Assembly (NCBI GenBank): GCA_019510095.1
Contig: JAEKLB010000020.1
Location: 12,499 to 76,498, forward strand
Direction: 5' to 3'
DNA: 64,000 nt
Source: Acidobacteriota bacterium
GTDB lineage: Bacteria > Actinomycetota > Acidimicrobiia > Acidimicrobiales > CADCSY01
The notes beneath the pieces were generated by a model. That model was given only the letters and a program-made list of their open reading frames with translations. It ran no database searches and was not told the origin of the DNA. Shown piece after piece: positions 39,739 to 49,788 of the stretch; positions within the stretch are counted from its first letter, which is position 1, and each line of letters begins with the position of its first letter. The position numbers and the translations under genes were made by a program.

Positions 39739-40700
39739 CGTTTGTCGCCGGTCTTGGCGTCATCGGCCCGCTCGTAGGCGTCGACGATGTCCTGCACGAT
39801 GCGGTGGCGCACCACGTCTTTGTTGGTCAGATGCACCCACTCGAGGCCGTCGATGCCGCCGAGCACCCGCTCGAGGCCCACCAATCCCGACCGGCCGTTC
39901 GGAACGTCGACCTGGGTGACGTCGCCCGTGATGACTGCCTTCGACCCGAACCCGATGCGAGTCAGGAACATCTTCATCTGCTCAGGCGTCGTGTTCTGCG
40001 CCTCGTCGAGGATGATGAACGCGCCGTTCAGGGTCCTTCCGCGCATGAAGGCCAGGGGGGCGACCTCGATGGTGCCCCGCTCGAGGAGCTTCTGGGCGCC
40101 CTCGAGGTCGACCATGTCGTAGAGGGCGTCGAACAGCGGGCGGAGGTAGGGGTCGATCTTGGCCATGAGGTCGCCGGGCAGGAAGCCGAGCCGCTCCCCC
40201 GCCTCCACCGCCGGGCGGGTGAGGATGATCCGGCCGACCTCCTTGGCCTGGAGGGCCTGGACCGCGGACGCCACGGCCAACCACGACTTGCCGGTGCCGG
40301 CGGGGCCGATGCCGAAGGTGATCACGTTCTTCCTGATGGCGTCGACGTAGCGCTTCTGGCCGCTGGTCTTCGGCCGGACGGTGCGGCCCTTGGCCCCTCG
40401 CAGGACCTCGGCGGTGAGCACCTCGGACGGCCGCTCGTCGGCCTTGACCATGTCGATGGTGCGGACCACGTTGATCGTGTCGAGGGACTGCCCCCGCTCC
40501 AGCAGCAGCACCAGCTCCTCGAAGAGGCGGCCGACCAGATCGGCCTCCTCGCCGACGATGGAGATCTCGTTGCCCCGGACGTGGATCTCGACCTCGTCGA
40601 AGGCCGCCTCGATGAGGCGGAGGAGCTCGTCCCGCTGGCCGAGCAAACCGACCATCAGGTGGTTGCCGGGCACGCTGATCTTCACATCGGTGCGGGACAA
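39735..40700 (-). CDS. phoH: PhoH family ATPase
   Basis: GPAGTGKS, RPAVEAGERLGFLPGD, LDEAQN. Confidence 0.93.
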   Translation of the reverse strand: MSRTDVKISVPGNHLMVGLLGQRDELLRLIEAAFDEVEIHVRGNEISIVGEEADLVGRLFEELVLLLERGQSLDTINVVRTIDMVKADERPSEVLTAEVLRGAKGRTVRPKTSGQKRYVDAIRKNVITFGIGPAGTGKSWLAVASAVQALQAKEVGRIILTRPAVEAGERLGFLPGDLMAKIDPYLRPLFDALYDMVDLEGAQKLLERGTIEVAPLAFMRGRTLNGAFIILDEAQNTTPEQMKMFLTRIGFGSKAVITGDVTQVDVPNGRSGLVGLERVLGGIDGLEWVHLTNKDVVRHRIVQDIVDAYERADDAKTGDKR

Positions 40701-40723
40701 GGTGGGAAAAGGCTACCCGGCGG

Positions 40724-41074
40724 TCAGCCCGACCACGGGGGCCAGCCCATCTGCCGGCCCCCGAGGACGTGCAGGTGGAGGTGGGGCACGGAGTTCCCGG
40801 CGTCCTCGCCGACGTTGAACACCAGGCGGTAGCCCCGCTCGGTGAGGCCGTCGATCTCGGCCACCCGGGTCGCCGTCACCAGGAGGTCGGCAACGGCGGC
40901 GGCATGCTCGGGGCCCACGTCGCCGGCATGGGTGATGTGCTGGCGCGGGATGACGAGCACGTGGGTCGGGGCCTGCGGGCTGAGGTCGCGGAAGGCGAAC
41001 GACAGCTCGGAGCTGACGACCTCGTCAGCCGGGACCTCGCCCGCCACGATGCGGCAGAAGATGCAATCGGTCAT
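40724..41074 (-). CDS. Histidine triad (HIT) nucleotide-binding protein
   Basis: DCIFCRI, HLHLHVLGGR. Confidence 0.93.
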   Translation of the reverse strand: MTDCIFCRIVAGEVPADEVVSSELSFAFRDLSPQAPTHVLVIPRQHITHAGDVGPEHAAAVADLLVTATRVAEIDGLTERGYRLVFNVGEDAGNSVPHLHLHVLGGRQMGWPPWSG

Positions 41075-41835
41075 GTCGGGCCAGACGGTAGGCCGGGCAC
41101 CAGCAGCTCGTCGCCAGGAAAGAGGAGGTCGGCGTTCTGCGGATCGCGGAGCCGTTGCCGATTGGCCTCGATCAGGTCCCGCCAGTACGCCGTGACCTCC
41201 TGCTCCGACGGCTCCCGGTGCCACCCGGCGACCAGCACGCGCCGGGCGATCGACCAGAAGTGGTCGCCCGGCGCCACCGTCCACGGCGGTTGGACGACTG
41301 CCGGCGGGGCGGCCGGGGGCGGCGGTGGGGCGGCCGGGATGGCGACGGGGACGAGGTCGGGCGCGGGCGACGCCTCGGTCGTGGGTGGCCCCATCGGCGA
41401 GCGGCGCACCACGTGCAGGGCCGGGACCGGGTCGCGCCGCCCCGCGGCCCGGGCGGGTGGTGCGGCCGACGACACGCTGGCGACCCCGCCGGCGACGGTG
41501 GCCCCCACCAGGCTGGCCCCGACCGCGGTGTGCACAGCCCGGCAGATGAAGGGCACCGACAACAGCTCGCTGAGCTCGACCAGGAGGGCGTGGCGAGCCA
41601 CCTCGGCGGCCACCGCGACGGCGGTGGCGACCAGGAGGTAGAGGGCCAGGGCCAGGACCACCAGGCGGACGACCGCCACGGCAGCGGCCGGCGGGCCCAC
41701 CGAGGCAGCCCATGACGCCCACGCCCCGGGCCTCGCCGGTGGCGCGGCCAGGTTGCCGCGCCCGGCAACGACCATCCCAGCCACAACCGCAACCAACGTC
41801 GCCGACCACCCCAGCAGCGGCCCCAACCTGCGCAT
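41071..41835 (-). CDS. Membrane protein with Pro-rich linker and LysM-like domain
   Basis: WTVAPGDHFWSIA...N...DLLFPGDELLVP. Confidence 0.75.
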   Translation of the reverse strand: MRRLGPLLGWSATLVAVVAGMVVAGRGNLAAPPARPGAWASWAASVGPPAAAVAVVRLVVLALALYLLVATAVAVAAEVARHALLVELSELLSVPFICRAVHTAVGASLVGATVAGGVASVSSAAPPARAAGRRDPVPALHVVRRSPMGPPTTEASPAPDLVPVAIPAAPPPPPAAPPAVVQPPWTVAPGDHFWSIARRVLVAGWHREPSEQEVTAYWRDLIEANRQRLRDPQNADLLFPGDELLVPGLPSGPT

Positions 41836-41946
41836 CGCCCGAGTGTGCCCGATTCATGCCCTTTCGTGCAATCTCGGACACAACCCCCCACGTTCTTTGG
41901 CGACTGGTGGCCGTGTCCGGTGCAGGAGTCGCCGAAGAACAGGGGG

Positions 41947-42774
41947 TCAGCGGGTGAAGGGGGCCACCAGGGCGGCGGTGCGATCCCAGAGGGCGGCGGC
42001 GAGGGTCGCATCCCGGGCGGCGGCCGAGGTGCGGCCCGGCCTGCGGTCGGCGTAGTAGGGGGCGGCTGGGTCGGGCTCCTCCGCGCTGGTTGCCAGCCAC
42101 ACCAAGGTGTCGGCGCCCTGCTCCGGCGTCCGCAGGTATCGGCCGAGCGGCTTGACCAACCTGGTGAGCGCCGAGTCGCGGCTGAGCGCGGTGTTGACCG
42201 CTCCCGGATGGAACGACCACGCGGCGATGCCGGTGCGCCGCCGCAGCTCGCTGGTGAAGAGGATGTTGGCGAGCTTCGAGTTGCCGTAGGAGCGCAGCCG
42301 CCACCATCCACGCTCGAGCTGGAGGTCGTCGAGGTCGAGCCGGCCCAGGCGGTGCACCACTGACGACGTCGTGATCACCCGGCCGCCCGCCGCTTGGAGC
42401 TTGTCGACCAGCAAGGTCGTGAGGAGGAAGGGCGCCAGATGGTTGACGGCGAGGGTGAGCTCGAAGCCGTCCGCCGACACCTGTCGGCGCCCGGTCGTCA
42501 GGCCGGCGTTGTTGGCGAGCACGTCGAGCCGATCGACACGGGAGCCGATCTCGTCGGCCAACCGCCGTACCTCGTCCAGGCTCGACAGGTCGGCGACGAG
42601 CGGTTCCGGCACGACGGCGCCCTCCGGCGCGGCGGCCGACATCCGCTCGTGGACCGCTCCCAGCTTGGTGGCCGATCGCCCGCTGGCGAGCACCTGATGG
42701 CCCTGGCCGGTCAGCATCACCGCCGCTGCCGCCCCGATCCCGTCGCTGGCACCGGTGACGACGATCGATGCCAT
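41947..42774 (-). CDS. SDR family oxidoreductase
   Basis: TGASDGIG, NNAG, YGNSK. Confidence 0.92.
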   Translation of the reverse strand: MASIVVTGASDGIGAAAAVMLTGQGHQVLASGRSATKLGAVHERMSAAAPEGAVVPEPLVADLSSLDEVRRLADEIGSRVDRLDVLANNAGLTTGRRQVSADGFELTLAVNHLAPFLLTTLLVDKLQAAGGRVITTSSVVHRLGRLDLDDLQLERGWWRLRSYGNSKLANILFTSELRRRTGIAAWSFHPGAVNTALSRDSALTRLVKPLGRYLRTPEQGADTLVWLATSAEEPDPAAPYYADRRPGRTSAAARDATLAAALWDRTAALVAPFTR

Positions 42775-42776
42775 GG

Positions 42777-43439
42777 CTAGGGCGTGCCGGCTTGCACCCG
42801 TGCCTGCGCCTCCGCAACGAGCTCGCGGAACCGCCGGACCCCCGGGGGGAGCACGCCGTTGGCGCGCGCGACCGCCAGCGCGTTGCCCCACCACTCCAGA
42901 TCGTCGAGGAGGACCGTGGCCGCGGCATCGGACGCCGGGTTCACCGGCTCACCGTCGTCGTCGAAGGCGCCGCCCACCGCGGCGACCAGCACGCTGTTGC
43001 GCAGTGGCACCAGCTCGGTCTCGATGGCCACCAGCGCGAGCTGTTCGACCGCCCGCGCCCCGCCGACCGCGCCGCTCGAGTAGCTCACCATCCCCACCGG
43101 CTTGTTCCGAAAGGCGAAGCTGGCCCACACGTTGTCGATCGCGTTCTTGAGGACGCCGGAGAAGCTGTGGTTGTACTCCGGGGTGATGAAGATGAACGCG
43201 TCGCCCTCGGCGATCGTCTGGTTCCAGCGCTTGACCACCGGATCGGAGTACGTCGGGGCGGCCGGGTCGCCGAGCGTGCCGAAGTGCTCGGCGAACATCG
43301 GGAGGGGCCATTCGCGCAGATCGAGCAGTGTGACCTCGAACGCGCCATGGGCTCGGGCTCGACGGTCGATCCACTGGAAGACGCGCTCCGCGGCGCGCGT
43401 CTCGCGAGTGCTCCCGACGATCACGTGCAGTCGCAGCAT
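42777..43439 (-). CDS. NADPH-dependent FMN reductase
   Basis: GSTR, TPEYNHS..LKNAID, GGARA. Confidence 0.92.
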   Translation of the reverse strand: MLRLHVIVGSTRETRAAERVFQWIDRRARAHGAFEVTLLDLREWPLPMFAEHFGTLGDPAAPTYSDPVVKRWNQTIAEGDAFIFITPEYNHSFSGVLKNAIDNVWASFAFRNKPVGMVSYSSGAVGGARAVEQLALVAIETELVPLRNSVLVAAVGGAFDDDGEPVNPASDAAATVLLDDLEWWGNALAVARANGVLPPGVRRFRELVAEAQARVQAGTP

Positions 43440-43540
43440 GGGCTCTGCAACCCCGCGGCTGGGCAACACATTCCGATGTGCACAAAGCGGGGCGTTCGGG
43501 GATGCACGCGCTGGGAGCCACTTTCCGGCACGCTTGCGCA

Positions 43541-44002
43541 GTGGAGCAGCAGGTCAAGCCGGTGTCGGTGCTCCTCGTCGACGACGACGAGGACCTGCGG
43601 CTGCTCGCGCGGCTGGCACTCGAGGACGATCCCCGCTTTGCCGTGCTCGCCGAGGCAGGGAACGGCTTCCATGCCATCGCCATCGCCAGCGACCACCAGC
43701 CCGACGTGGTGCTGCTCGATCTCGACATGCCGTGGCTCGACGGCGCCGAGGCCGTGCCTCATCTCCGCCACAAGGCACCCGACGCCCTGATCGCGGTGTG
43801 GACCGTGACGCCCGAGAGCCGGCGCGCCGCTGAGGCGGTCGAGCTCGGTGCGAGCACGGTGCTCGACAAGTTCTCCGTCAGTCCCGGCACCCTCGGCGAC
43901 CACATCGAGAAGATCCTCGGCGACCACCGGAGGCTCCTCGACGAACGTCGTCCTGCGGTCGAGCGCCGTGGAACGGATCTCCCATCGGCGGGACCAGAGT
44001 GA
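43541..44002 (+). CDS. Single-domain response regulator
   Basis: LLVDDD, PDVVLLDLDMP, terminal K; no output domain. Confidence 0.85.
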   Translation: MEQQVKPVSVLLVDDDEDLRLLARLALEDDPRFAVLAEAGNGFHAIAIASDHQPDVVLLDLDMPWLDGAEAVPHLRHKAPDALIAVWTVTPESRRAAEAVELGASTVLDKFSVSPGTLGDHIEKILGDHRRLLDERRPAVERRGTDLPSAGPE

Positions 44003-44007
44003 GGCTC

Positions 44008-44622
44008 ATGGGCTTCTATGACGAGCAGGTCGTACCGCGCCTCATCGACAAGGGCCTCGGCGGTAAGGGGTTCGGCCGCCTCCGGGCCCGGGCCATCCGC
44101 GGCGTCTCCGGCGAGGTGGTCGAGATCGGCTTCGGCTCCGGCACCAACCTGCCGCACTACCCGACCGGCGTCACCAAGGTGTGGGCGGTCGACCCCTCGG
44201 CCGTCGGTCGCCAGTTGGCCGCCCGCCGGGTGGCGGCCAGCCCGATACCCGTCGAGTTCGTCGGGCTCGACGGTCAGGACCTGCCGCTCGCCGACGAGTC
44301 GGTCGACTGTGCAGTGAGCACCTGGACCTTGTGCAGCATTCCCGACGCCGGTCGAGCGATCGCCGAGCTCCGACGCGTCCTGCGCCCCGGCGGCACGATG
44401 CACTTCCTCGAGCACGGTCATGCCCCCGACCCGGGCGTGGCCAAGTGGCAGGAACGACTCAACCCGTTGCAGCAAAAGATCTGCGGCGGCTGCAACCTCG
44501 ATCGCCGGATCGACTCGCTCATCAGCGGTGCCGGGTTCGAGCTCACCAAGCTGGCCAACTTCTACATCAAGGGCCCGAAGACGTTCTGCTACATGTACGC
44601 GGGCGTCGCCACCAAGTCGTAG
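44008..44622 (+). CDS. Class I SAM-dependent methyltransferase
   Basis: EIGFGSG, TLCSIPD, RVLRPGG, FLEHG. Confidence 0.9.
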   Translation: MGFYDEQVVPRLIDKGLGGKGFGRLRARAIRGVSGEVVEIGFGSGTNLPHYPTGVTKVWAVDPSAVGRQLAARRVAASPIPVEFVGLDGQDLPLADESVDCAVSTWTLCSIPDAGRAIAELRRVLRPGGTMHFLEHGHAPDPGVAKWQERLNPLQQKICGGCNLDRRIDSLISGAGFELTKLANFYIKGPKTFCYMYAGVATKS

Positions 44623-44628
44623 CCGCGA

Positions 44629-45744
44629 CTACCCAAGGGCATGAGCTAGGCCGACCAGGCCACCGGCCGCGACGAGGAGCGCCGGGTTCGGCCGCCAGCG
44701 CACGATCGCAACAAGGACGGCAACCGCGACGGCTGCCCGCAGGACGTCGTCGGCGCCCGTGCGGACGAGGTCGATCGTGACACCGGCCATCAGCCCGAGC
44801 GCCGCCGCGGTGACGCCCTGGAGAGCAGCGGTGGCCCGCGCTGAAGCCCGCAGCCGGTGGACGTGCGGCGCGACCAGGCCCACCATGACGAACGAGGGCA
44901 CGAAGATCGCGGCGGTGGCGACGAGCGCGCCCGGGACGCCGCCCAGCAGGTAGCCGAGAAAGGTCGCCGTCGTGAACACCGGGCCCGGCGTCACCTGGCC
45001 GGCGGCCACTGCGTCGAGCACCTGCCGCAGCGACAACCAGTCGAGGCCGGCAACCAGATCGCGTCGAAGGAAGGCGAGCAGGACGTAACCGCTCCCGAAG
45101 ACGATCGAGCCGAGCTTGGCGAACTCGATGGCGATGTCGACGAGGCCTGGGCTCCGGCTGGGCCGATGCGCCGCCCAGAGCGAGCCGAGGGTGAGTGGGA
45201 ACGGGACGGAGGCAAGACGATCGATGCGGCCGACATGCGTCGCGACGACGGCCACCATCCCTCCCCCGACGAGGAGGAGCAGCACGTTGGCTCCCGCGAA
45301 GTAGCCGGCAAGGACGAACGCCGAGACAACGACGAGCCACCGGGGACGAAAGGCGGCCTTGCCCAGCTCCAGCACCGCGACCGCCACGATGGCCGCGACG
45401 ACCGGCTCGATGCCGTAGAGCAGCCCAGCCCCCGTGGGCGTGGTGCCATAGCGGCCGTAGAGGACCGCCAAGACGAGGACGATGGCCATGGCCGGGGCGA
45501 TGAAGCACACGCCGGCCGCCACCAGTCCTCGCCAACCGGCTCGCCGGCGACCGACGACGATGGCGAGCTGGGTCGACGTCGGTCCCGGAAGCACGCTCAT
45601 GGCGGCGAACAGGTCGAGGAACTCCTCGTCGGTCAGCCAGCCCCGGCGGCGGACTGCTTCCTCGCGGAGCATGGCGACGTGCACCGCTGGCCCGCCGAAG
45701 GCGATCGTGCCGAGCTTCAGCATCACCCCTGCCACCTCGATCAC
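44629..45744 (-). CDS. chrA: Chromate efflux transporter
   Basis: AFGGP, PGPTSTQ, FGSGYVL, TPGPVFTTATF; start approximate. Confidence 0.88.
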   Translation of the reverse strand: MIEVAGVMLKLGTIAFGGPAVHVAMLREEAVRRRGWLTDEEFLDLFAAMSVLPGPTSTQLAIVVGRRRAGWRGLVAAGVCFIAPAMAIVLVLAVLYGRYGTTPTGAGLLYGIEPVVAAIVAVAVLELGKAAFRPRWLVVVSAFVLAGYFAGANVLLLLVGGGMVAVVATHVGRIDRLASVPFPLTLGSLWAAHRPSRSPGLVDIAIEFAKLGSIVFGSGYVLLAFLRRDLVAGLDWLSLRQVLDAVAAGQVTPGPVFTTATFLGYLLGGVPGALVATAAIFVPSFVMVGLVAPHVHRLRASARATAALQGVTAAALGLMAGVTIDLVRTGADDVLRAAVAVAVLVAIVRWRPNPALLVAAGGLVGLAHALG

Positions 45745-45779
45745 GGTGGCGTTGCCGCTCGGCCAGCGACGCCGGGAGC

Positions 45780-46697
45780 TCAGGGGATGAAGTCGTCGAT
45801 GAGGCGGGCCAGCTCGATCGGCGTGTCGCCCTGGAGGCTGTGGCCGGCCTCCTCGAAGTGCTCGACCCGGGCAGTGGGGTTGCGCCGGAGCAGCTCGGCC
45901 TCGTCCTCGTCGTCGACCACCGACTGCACCCGCATGCCCCGCGCGAGGCACAGCGGGGCCTTCATCGAGGACACCACGTCCCAGTACTGGCCGAACATCG
46001 GTGCCTTCGGGTCGACGTTGGCCGCGCCCTGGGCCAGCCGGTGGCGCTGGTGGCGCCAGACCCAGCTCCCATCGGCCTGTTGCTCGGCGTTGTGGAGGAT
46101 CCCGCGCCGCAGCGCGCTCTCGGTCCGCGTCGGGTTGTACTCGACGGTGCGGGCCAGCAGCTCGTCGAAGTCGGGGAAGGTCTCGGGCCCATTGAGGAAC
46201 TCGCCGATCACCTTCGACTTCTCCCGGTTCACGCCGGGCGTGACGTCGACGAGGATCGCCGCCTTCACCAGCTCGGGCGCGTGGGCGGTGAGCGCCAACG
46301 TCGTGATCCCGCCGAGCGACATCCCGATGACACCGCGGGCATTCGGGGCGAGCGCGCGGATGACGGTGGCCACGTCAGCGGCGTTGGTGTCGGTGTCCAT
46401 CGACCCGATCCGGCCGCCGTCGGAGTGGCCGTGACCGGGCAGGTCGACGGCGATCAACGGGCGGCTTAGGGCCATGGCCACCGTGTCCCAGGTGTGGGCG
46501 TTCTGCCCGCCGCCGTGGAGGAGGACCAGCTCGGGGTCACCCGTTCCCCAGACGAGCGCGCTCAACTTCCGGCCGTCGTCCATCGCCACGAACTCCCGCC
46601 GTACCGTCGGCGGGCCGTCGTACGGCAGACCGAACTCCTCGGCGTTCTCGTGGAACAGACCAAACTCGTCGTACTCGACTCGCCCCCCGCTTGCCAT
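45780..46697 (-). CDS. Alpha/beta hydrolase
   Basis: LHGGGQN, GMSLGG, AGHS. Confidence 0.9.
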   Translation of the reverse strand: MASGGRVEYDEFGLFHENAEEFGLPYDGPPTVRREFVAMDDGRKLSALVWGTGDPELVLLHGGGQNAHTWDTVAMALSRPLIAVDLPGHGHSDGGRIGSMDTDTNAADVATVIRALAPNARGVIGMSLGGITTLALTAHAPELVKAAILVDVTPGVNREKSKVIGEFLNGPETFPDFDELLARTVEYNPTRTESALRRGILHNAEQQADGSWVWRHQRHRLAQGAANVDPKAPMFGQYWDVVSSMKAPLCLARGMRVQSVVDDEDEAELLRRNPTARVEHFEEAGHSLQGDTPIELARLIDDFIP

Positions 46698-46736
46698 GAG
46701 GCCGGAGGGTATCCCTTCAGCCATTCCGGCGAATCG

Positions 46737-46782
46737 GCGACGAATCATCGGCAGAAACGCCGAGAATCCATCGCCGGTTCGG
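46737..46782. repeat. Degenerate copy of palindromic family A
   Basis: GCGACGAATCATCGGCAGAAACGCCGAGAATCCATCGCCGGTTCGG aligns without gaps to the 31435 and 56627 copies. Confidence 0.6.
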
Positions 46783-46790
46783 CGTCCAGC

Positions 46791-47696
46791 TCAGAACGTG
46801 ACGGCTTCGGGCATGACGTTGTCGGCGAACCAGCCCATGGCGGCCAGGACGGCGTCGAGCGAGGTGTTGCTCGTCTCGCCCAGATCGACGAGCGCGCTGG
46901 TGCAGCCGGCCGAGGCCAACACCTGCAGGCGCCCGAGCACCTCGGCCGGCGTAGTGGCGTCAGGCACGATCTTGCCGCCCCGGCCGGAGATCACCAGCGC
47001 CTCGCCAGCGCGCCCGGCGGCCTCCATCGCCTCGGCAAGGCGAGGTAGCGCCGCCGCGATCTCCTCGGGTGTCATGCCGGCGGGGATCCAGCCGTTGCCG
47101 AACCGAGCGACGCGGCGAAGGACGGCCCCGCTCGCTCCTCCGCCAACCAAGATCGGCAACGGCGCTTGTACCGGCGTCGGCGCGAAGGCCAAGGCGGGGA
47201 AGCTGAAGTAGTCGCCGTCGAAACCGCCCTCGCCCTCGAAGAGATGCCGCAGAATGGCGAGATACTCGTCGGTGATCCGACCCCGCTCGTGGAACGGGAC
47301 GCCGAGGACGTCGAACTCGTCCTTCATCCACCCCACGCCGACACCGAGGGTGAGACGTCCACCTGAGAGGAAGTCGAGCGTGGCCAGCGCCCGGGCCGAG
47401 CCGATCGGGTTGCGGAGCGACAGCAGGTAGACGCCGGGAACCAGTCGGATGGTGGTGGTCGTCGCCGCAAGGAACGACAACAGCGTCAGCACGTCGAGCT
47501 TGCTGCCGTGCGGGTCGGTGGGGATCACACCGGTTGGGCTGTAGGGATAGCGCGACCGTGTCTCCAGGGGGTAGAGGGCGTGGTCGCCGACCTGAAGGAA
47601 GGCGAAGCCCAGGGCCTCGGCCTCCTGGGCGACCCGCACCAGCGCTTCGGGACTGACGAGCGGCCCGGTCCACGGCACGCTCATGCCGAGCTCCAT
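46791..47696 (-). CDS. LLM-class F420-dependent oxidoreductase
   Basis: GDH..YPYS, TLDFLSGGRL.LGVGVGW..EF. Confidence 0.88.
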   Translation of the reverse strand: MELGMSVPWTGPLVSPEALVRVAQEAEALGFAFLQVGDHALYPLETRSRYPYSPTGVIPTDPHGSKLDVLTLLSFLAATTTTIRLVPGVYLLSLRNPIGSARALATLDFLSGGRLTLGVGVGWMKDEFDVLGVPFHERGRITDEYLAILRHLFEGEGGFDGDYFSFPALAFAPTPVQAPLPILVGGGASGAVLRRVARFGNGWIPAGMTPEEIAAALPRLAEAMEAAGRAGEALVISGRGGKIVPDATTPAEVLGRLQVLASAGCTSALVDLGETSNTSLDAVLAAMGWFADNVMPEAVTF

Positions 47697-47706
47697 CGTC
47701 GCCCCC

Positions 47707-48915
47707 TCAGCCCTCGCCCCAGAGCACGCCGGTCTCGATCAGCTCGATGACCCGCTGCTCGTCATAGCCACACAGCTCGGTGAGTATCTCGTTGTTGTGC
47801 TCGCCCGGCTCGGGCGGGGTGTGGCGCACCTCGACCGGCGACTCCGACAGGTGTAGGGGACTCCCCATGGTCTTGATCTGGCCGAAGCCGCGGTACTCGT
47901 ACTCGAGGAACATGCCGCGGGCGTCGAGCTGCTCGTCCGACCAGATGGTCTCCATGTCCCGCACCGGCTCGCTGGGAATGCGGGCCGCACGCAGGGCGCT
48001 GTGTGCCTCTGCCACCGTCCGCCCCCGCGTCCACGCCACGATCTTCTCGGTCACCGTGGCGAGATGTGCGGGTCGGCCGGGATCGTCACGACCGGGCAAC
48101 GGGAAGAGGTCGGGCTCGCCGAGCACGTCCGCGATCAACGTGCCCGCTCGGTCAGCGGTGGCCGCGATCACGATCTGCCCATCACGACACGGGAAGAGGC
48201 CGTAGCCAGGCATGCCAGCCGGATGGGCGTTGCCGCTGCGCGGCGGCATGGCGCCCGCAACCGAGTGCCACAGGGGGAAACCGTCGAGGCAGGCCACGAC
48301 CGGTTCCAGCAGCGAGATGTCGACGAGCTGGCCCTTACCGATCACCGTGCGCTGGTGCAGCGCCGCGACCACGCCCACCGTGAGGTGCAGCCCGGCCAGA
48401 TAGTCGGCCGCCGAGTTGCCTGGCTTCATCGGTGGTCCCTCGGGCTCGCCGGTCAGGCTGAGCAGGCCGCCCCTGGCCAGCGCGGCGTAGTCGAGACCGT
48501 CGAAGGCGGCCTCGGGCCCGCTACGCCCGTACATCGACAACGACGCCCAGATGATCCGGGGGTTCAGGGACCACGCCCATCCCTCGTTGAGCCCGAGATG
48601 CTCCCGGGCGTCGTGACCGAAGCTCTCGATCACGACGTCGCTGACCTCGATGAGGTCGGCCAGCACCGCCATGCCATCCGGCGTCTTGAGGTCCATCGTC
48701 AGGCTGCGCTTGTTGCGGTTGTTCGACAGCCAGAACGGCGAGAACTGGCGGGCCGGTGGGCCCGGTGGGCTCAACGCGACGCGCTCCGACAGGGCACGGA
48801 GCGGGTGCTCGACCTTGATGACGTCGGCGCCGAGGTCGCCGAGCATCTGACCGGCATACGGCCCGGCGATCGAGCGCGACAGGTCGAGCACCCGAATGCC
48901 GTCCAACGCTGCCAC
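47707..48915 (-). CDS. CaiB/BaiF family III CoA transferase
   Basis: LDGIRVLDL..AGP..LGDLGADVIKVE, NRNKRS, PGEHN. Confidence 0.92.
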   Translation of the reverse strand: MAALDGIRVLDLSRSIAGPYAGQMLGDLGADVIKVEHPLRALSERVALSPPGPPARQFSPFWLSNNRNKRSLTMDLKTPDGMAVLADLIEVSDVVIESFGHDAREHLGLNEGWAWSLNPRIIWASLSMYGRSGPEAAFDGLDYAALARGGLLSLTGEPEGPPMKPGNSAADYLAGLHLTVGVVAALHQRTVIGKGQLVDISLLEPVVACLDGFPLWHSVAGAMPPRSGNAHPAGMPGYGLFPCRDGQIVIAATADRAGTLIADVLGEPDLFPLPGRDDPGRPAHLATVTEKIVAWTRGRTVAEAHSALRAARIPSEPVRDMETIWSDEQLDARGMFLEYEYRGFGQIKTMGSPLHLSESPVEVRHTPPEPGEHNNEILTELCGYDEQRVIELIETGVLWGEG

Positions 48916-48970
48916 GCGGCCCCCCTTCCGACTCTGGGCAGAAGCATGGCCGCACCCCTAGGGTCGGCGC

Positions 48971-49759
48971 GTGATCGAGGGCTCCTACCAGGGGTTCGAC
49001 ATCGAGCTGCGTGAGGGGGGCATCGGCCTCCTCACCTTCGGGCACCCCGAGCGGCTCAACGCCATCTCACCGGGCGCCAAGCGGGACCTGAGCCAGGTCA
49101 TGGCGCTGGCCCAGTTCGACGACGACCTCCGCGTGCTGGTGCTGACCGGTACCGGCAAGGCGTTCGTCGCCGGCGTCGACAACCAGCGCGCCCAACCGGA
49201 GCCACCCACGCTGGCCCAGGCCGTGCCCGTTGGGCAGCGGGCGCAGGTCACCCTCTACAGCCGGCTCGCCCACCTCGCCCAGGAGCCGGTACGGGCGATC
49301 CGCCGCCTCGACAAGCCGACGATCGCCGCCGTCAACGGCTATGCGGTGCAGCTCGGTCTGTCGATCGCGCTGGCGTGCGACTTCGCCGTCGCCGCCCGCT
49401 CGGCCCGGCTCGGCAGCGCCACCCTGCGCATGGCCTGGCAGCCTGACGAGGGCGGGCACTGGCTGCTCGTCGAGCACCTCGGCGTCAAGGAGGCGCTCGA
49501 CTTCCTGCTCCGCAAGCGCATGGTCGATGCCGAGGAGGCGTGCCGGCTCGGTCTCGTCAACGAGGTCGTCGACGACGAGGCGGTCCTCGGCCGCGCCCTC
49601 GATCTGGCAGCCGAGCTGGCCGCTGGGCCCCAGGTCTCGATGCGGCTGCTGAAGAAGGCGATCTACGGCGCCGCCCATCTCACGTTCGACCAAGCCGGCG
49701 ACGACATCGCCAGCAAGAGCGCCATCTGCGAACCCGACGGCGACCCCGCGGACGGCTGA
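48971..49759 (+). CDS. Enoyl-CoA hydratase family protein, paralog of 19255..20121 with a shorter C-terminus
   Basis: Shares IEGSYQGFD, QPDEGGHWLLVEHLGVK, HLTFDQAGDDIA. Confidence 0.85.
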   Translation: MIEGSYQGFDIELREGGIGLLTFGHPERLNAISPGAKRDLSQVMALAQFDDDLRVLVLTGTGKAFVAGVDNQRAQPEPPTLAQAVPVGQRAQVTLYSRLAHLAQEPVRAIRRLDKPTIAAVNGYAVQLGLSIALACDFAVAARSARLGSATLRMAWQPDEGGHWLLVEHLGVKEALDFLLRKRMVDAEEACRLGLVNEVVDDEAVLGRALDLAAELAAGPQVSMRLLKKAIYGAAHLTFDQAGDDIASKSAICEPDGDPADG

Positions 49760-49788
49760 CCATCCGCGTCGTGGCATCCTCTACTGCC

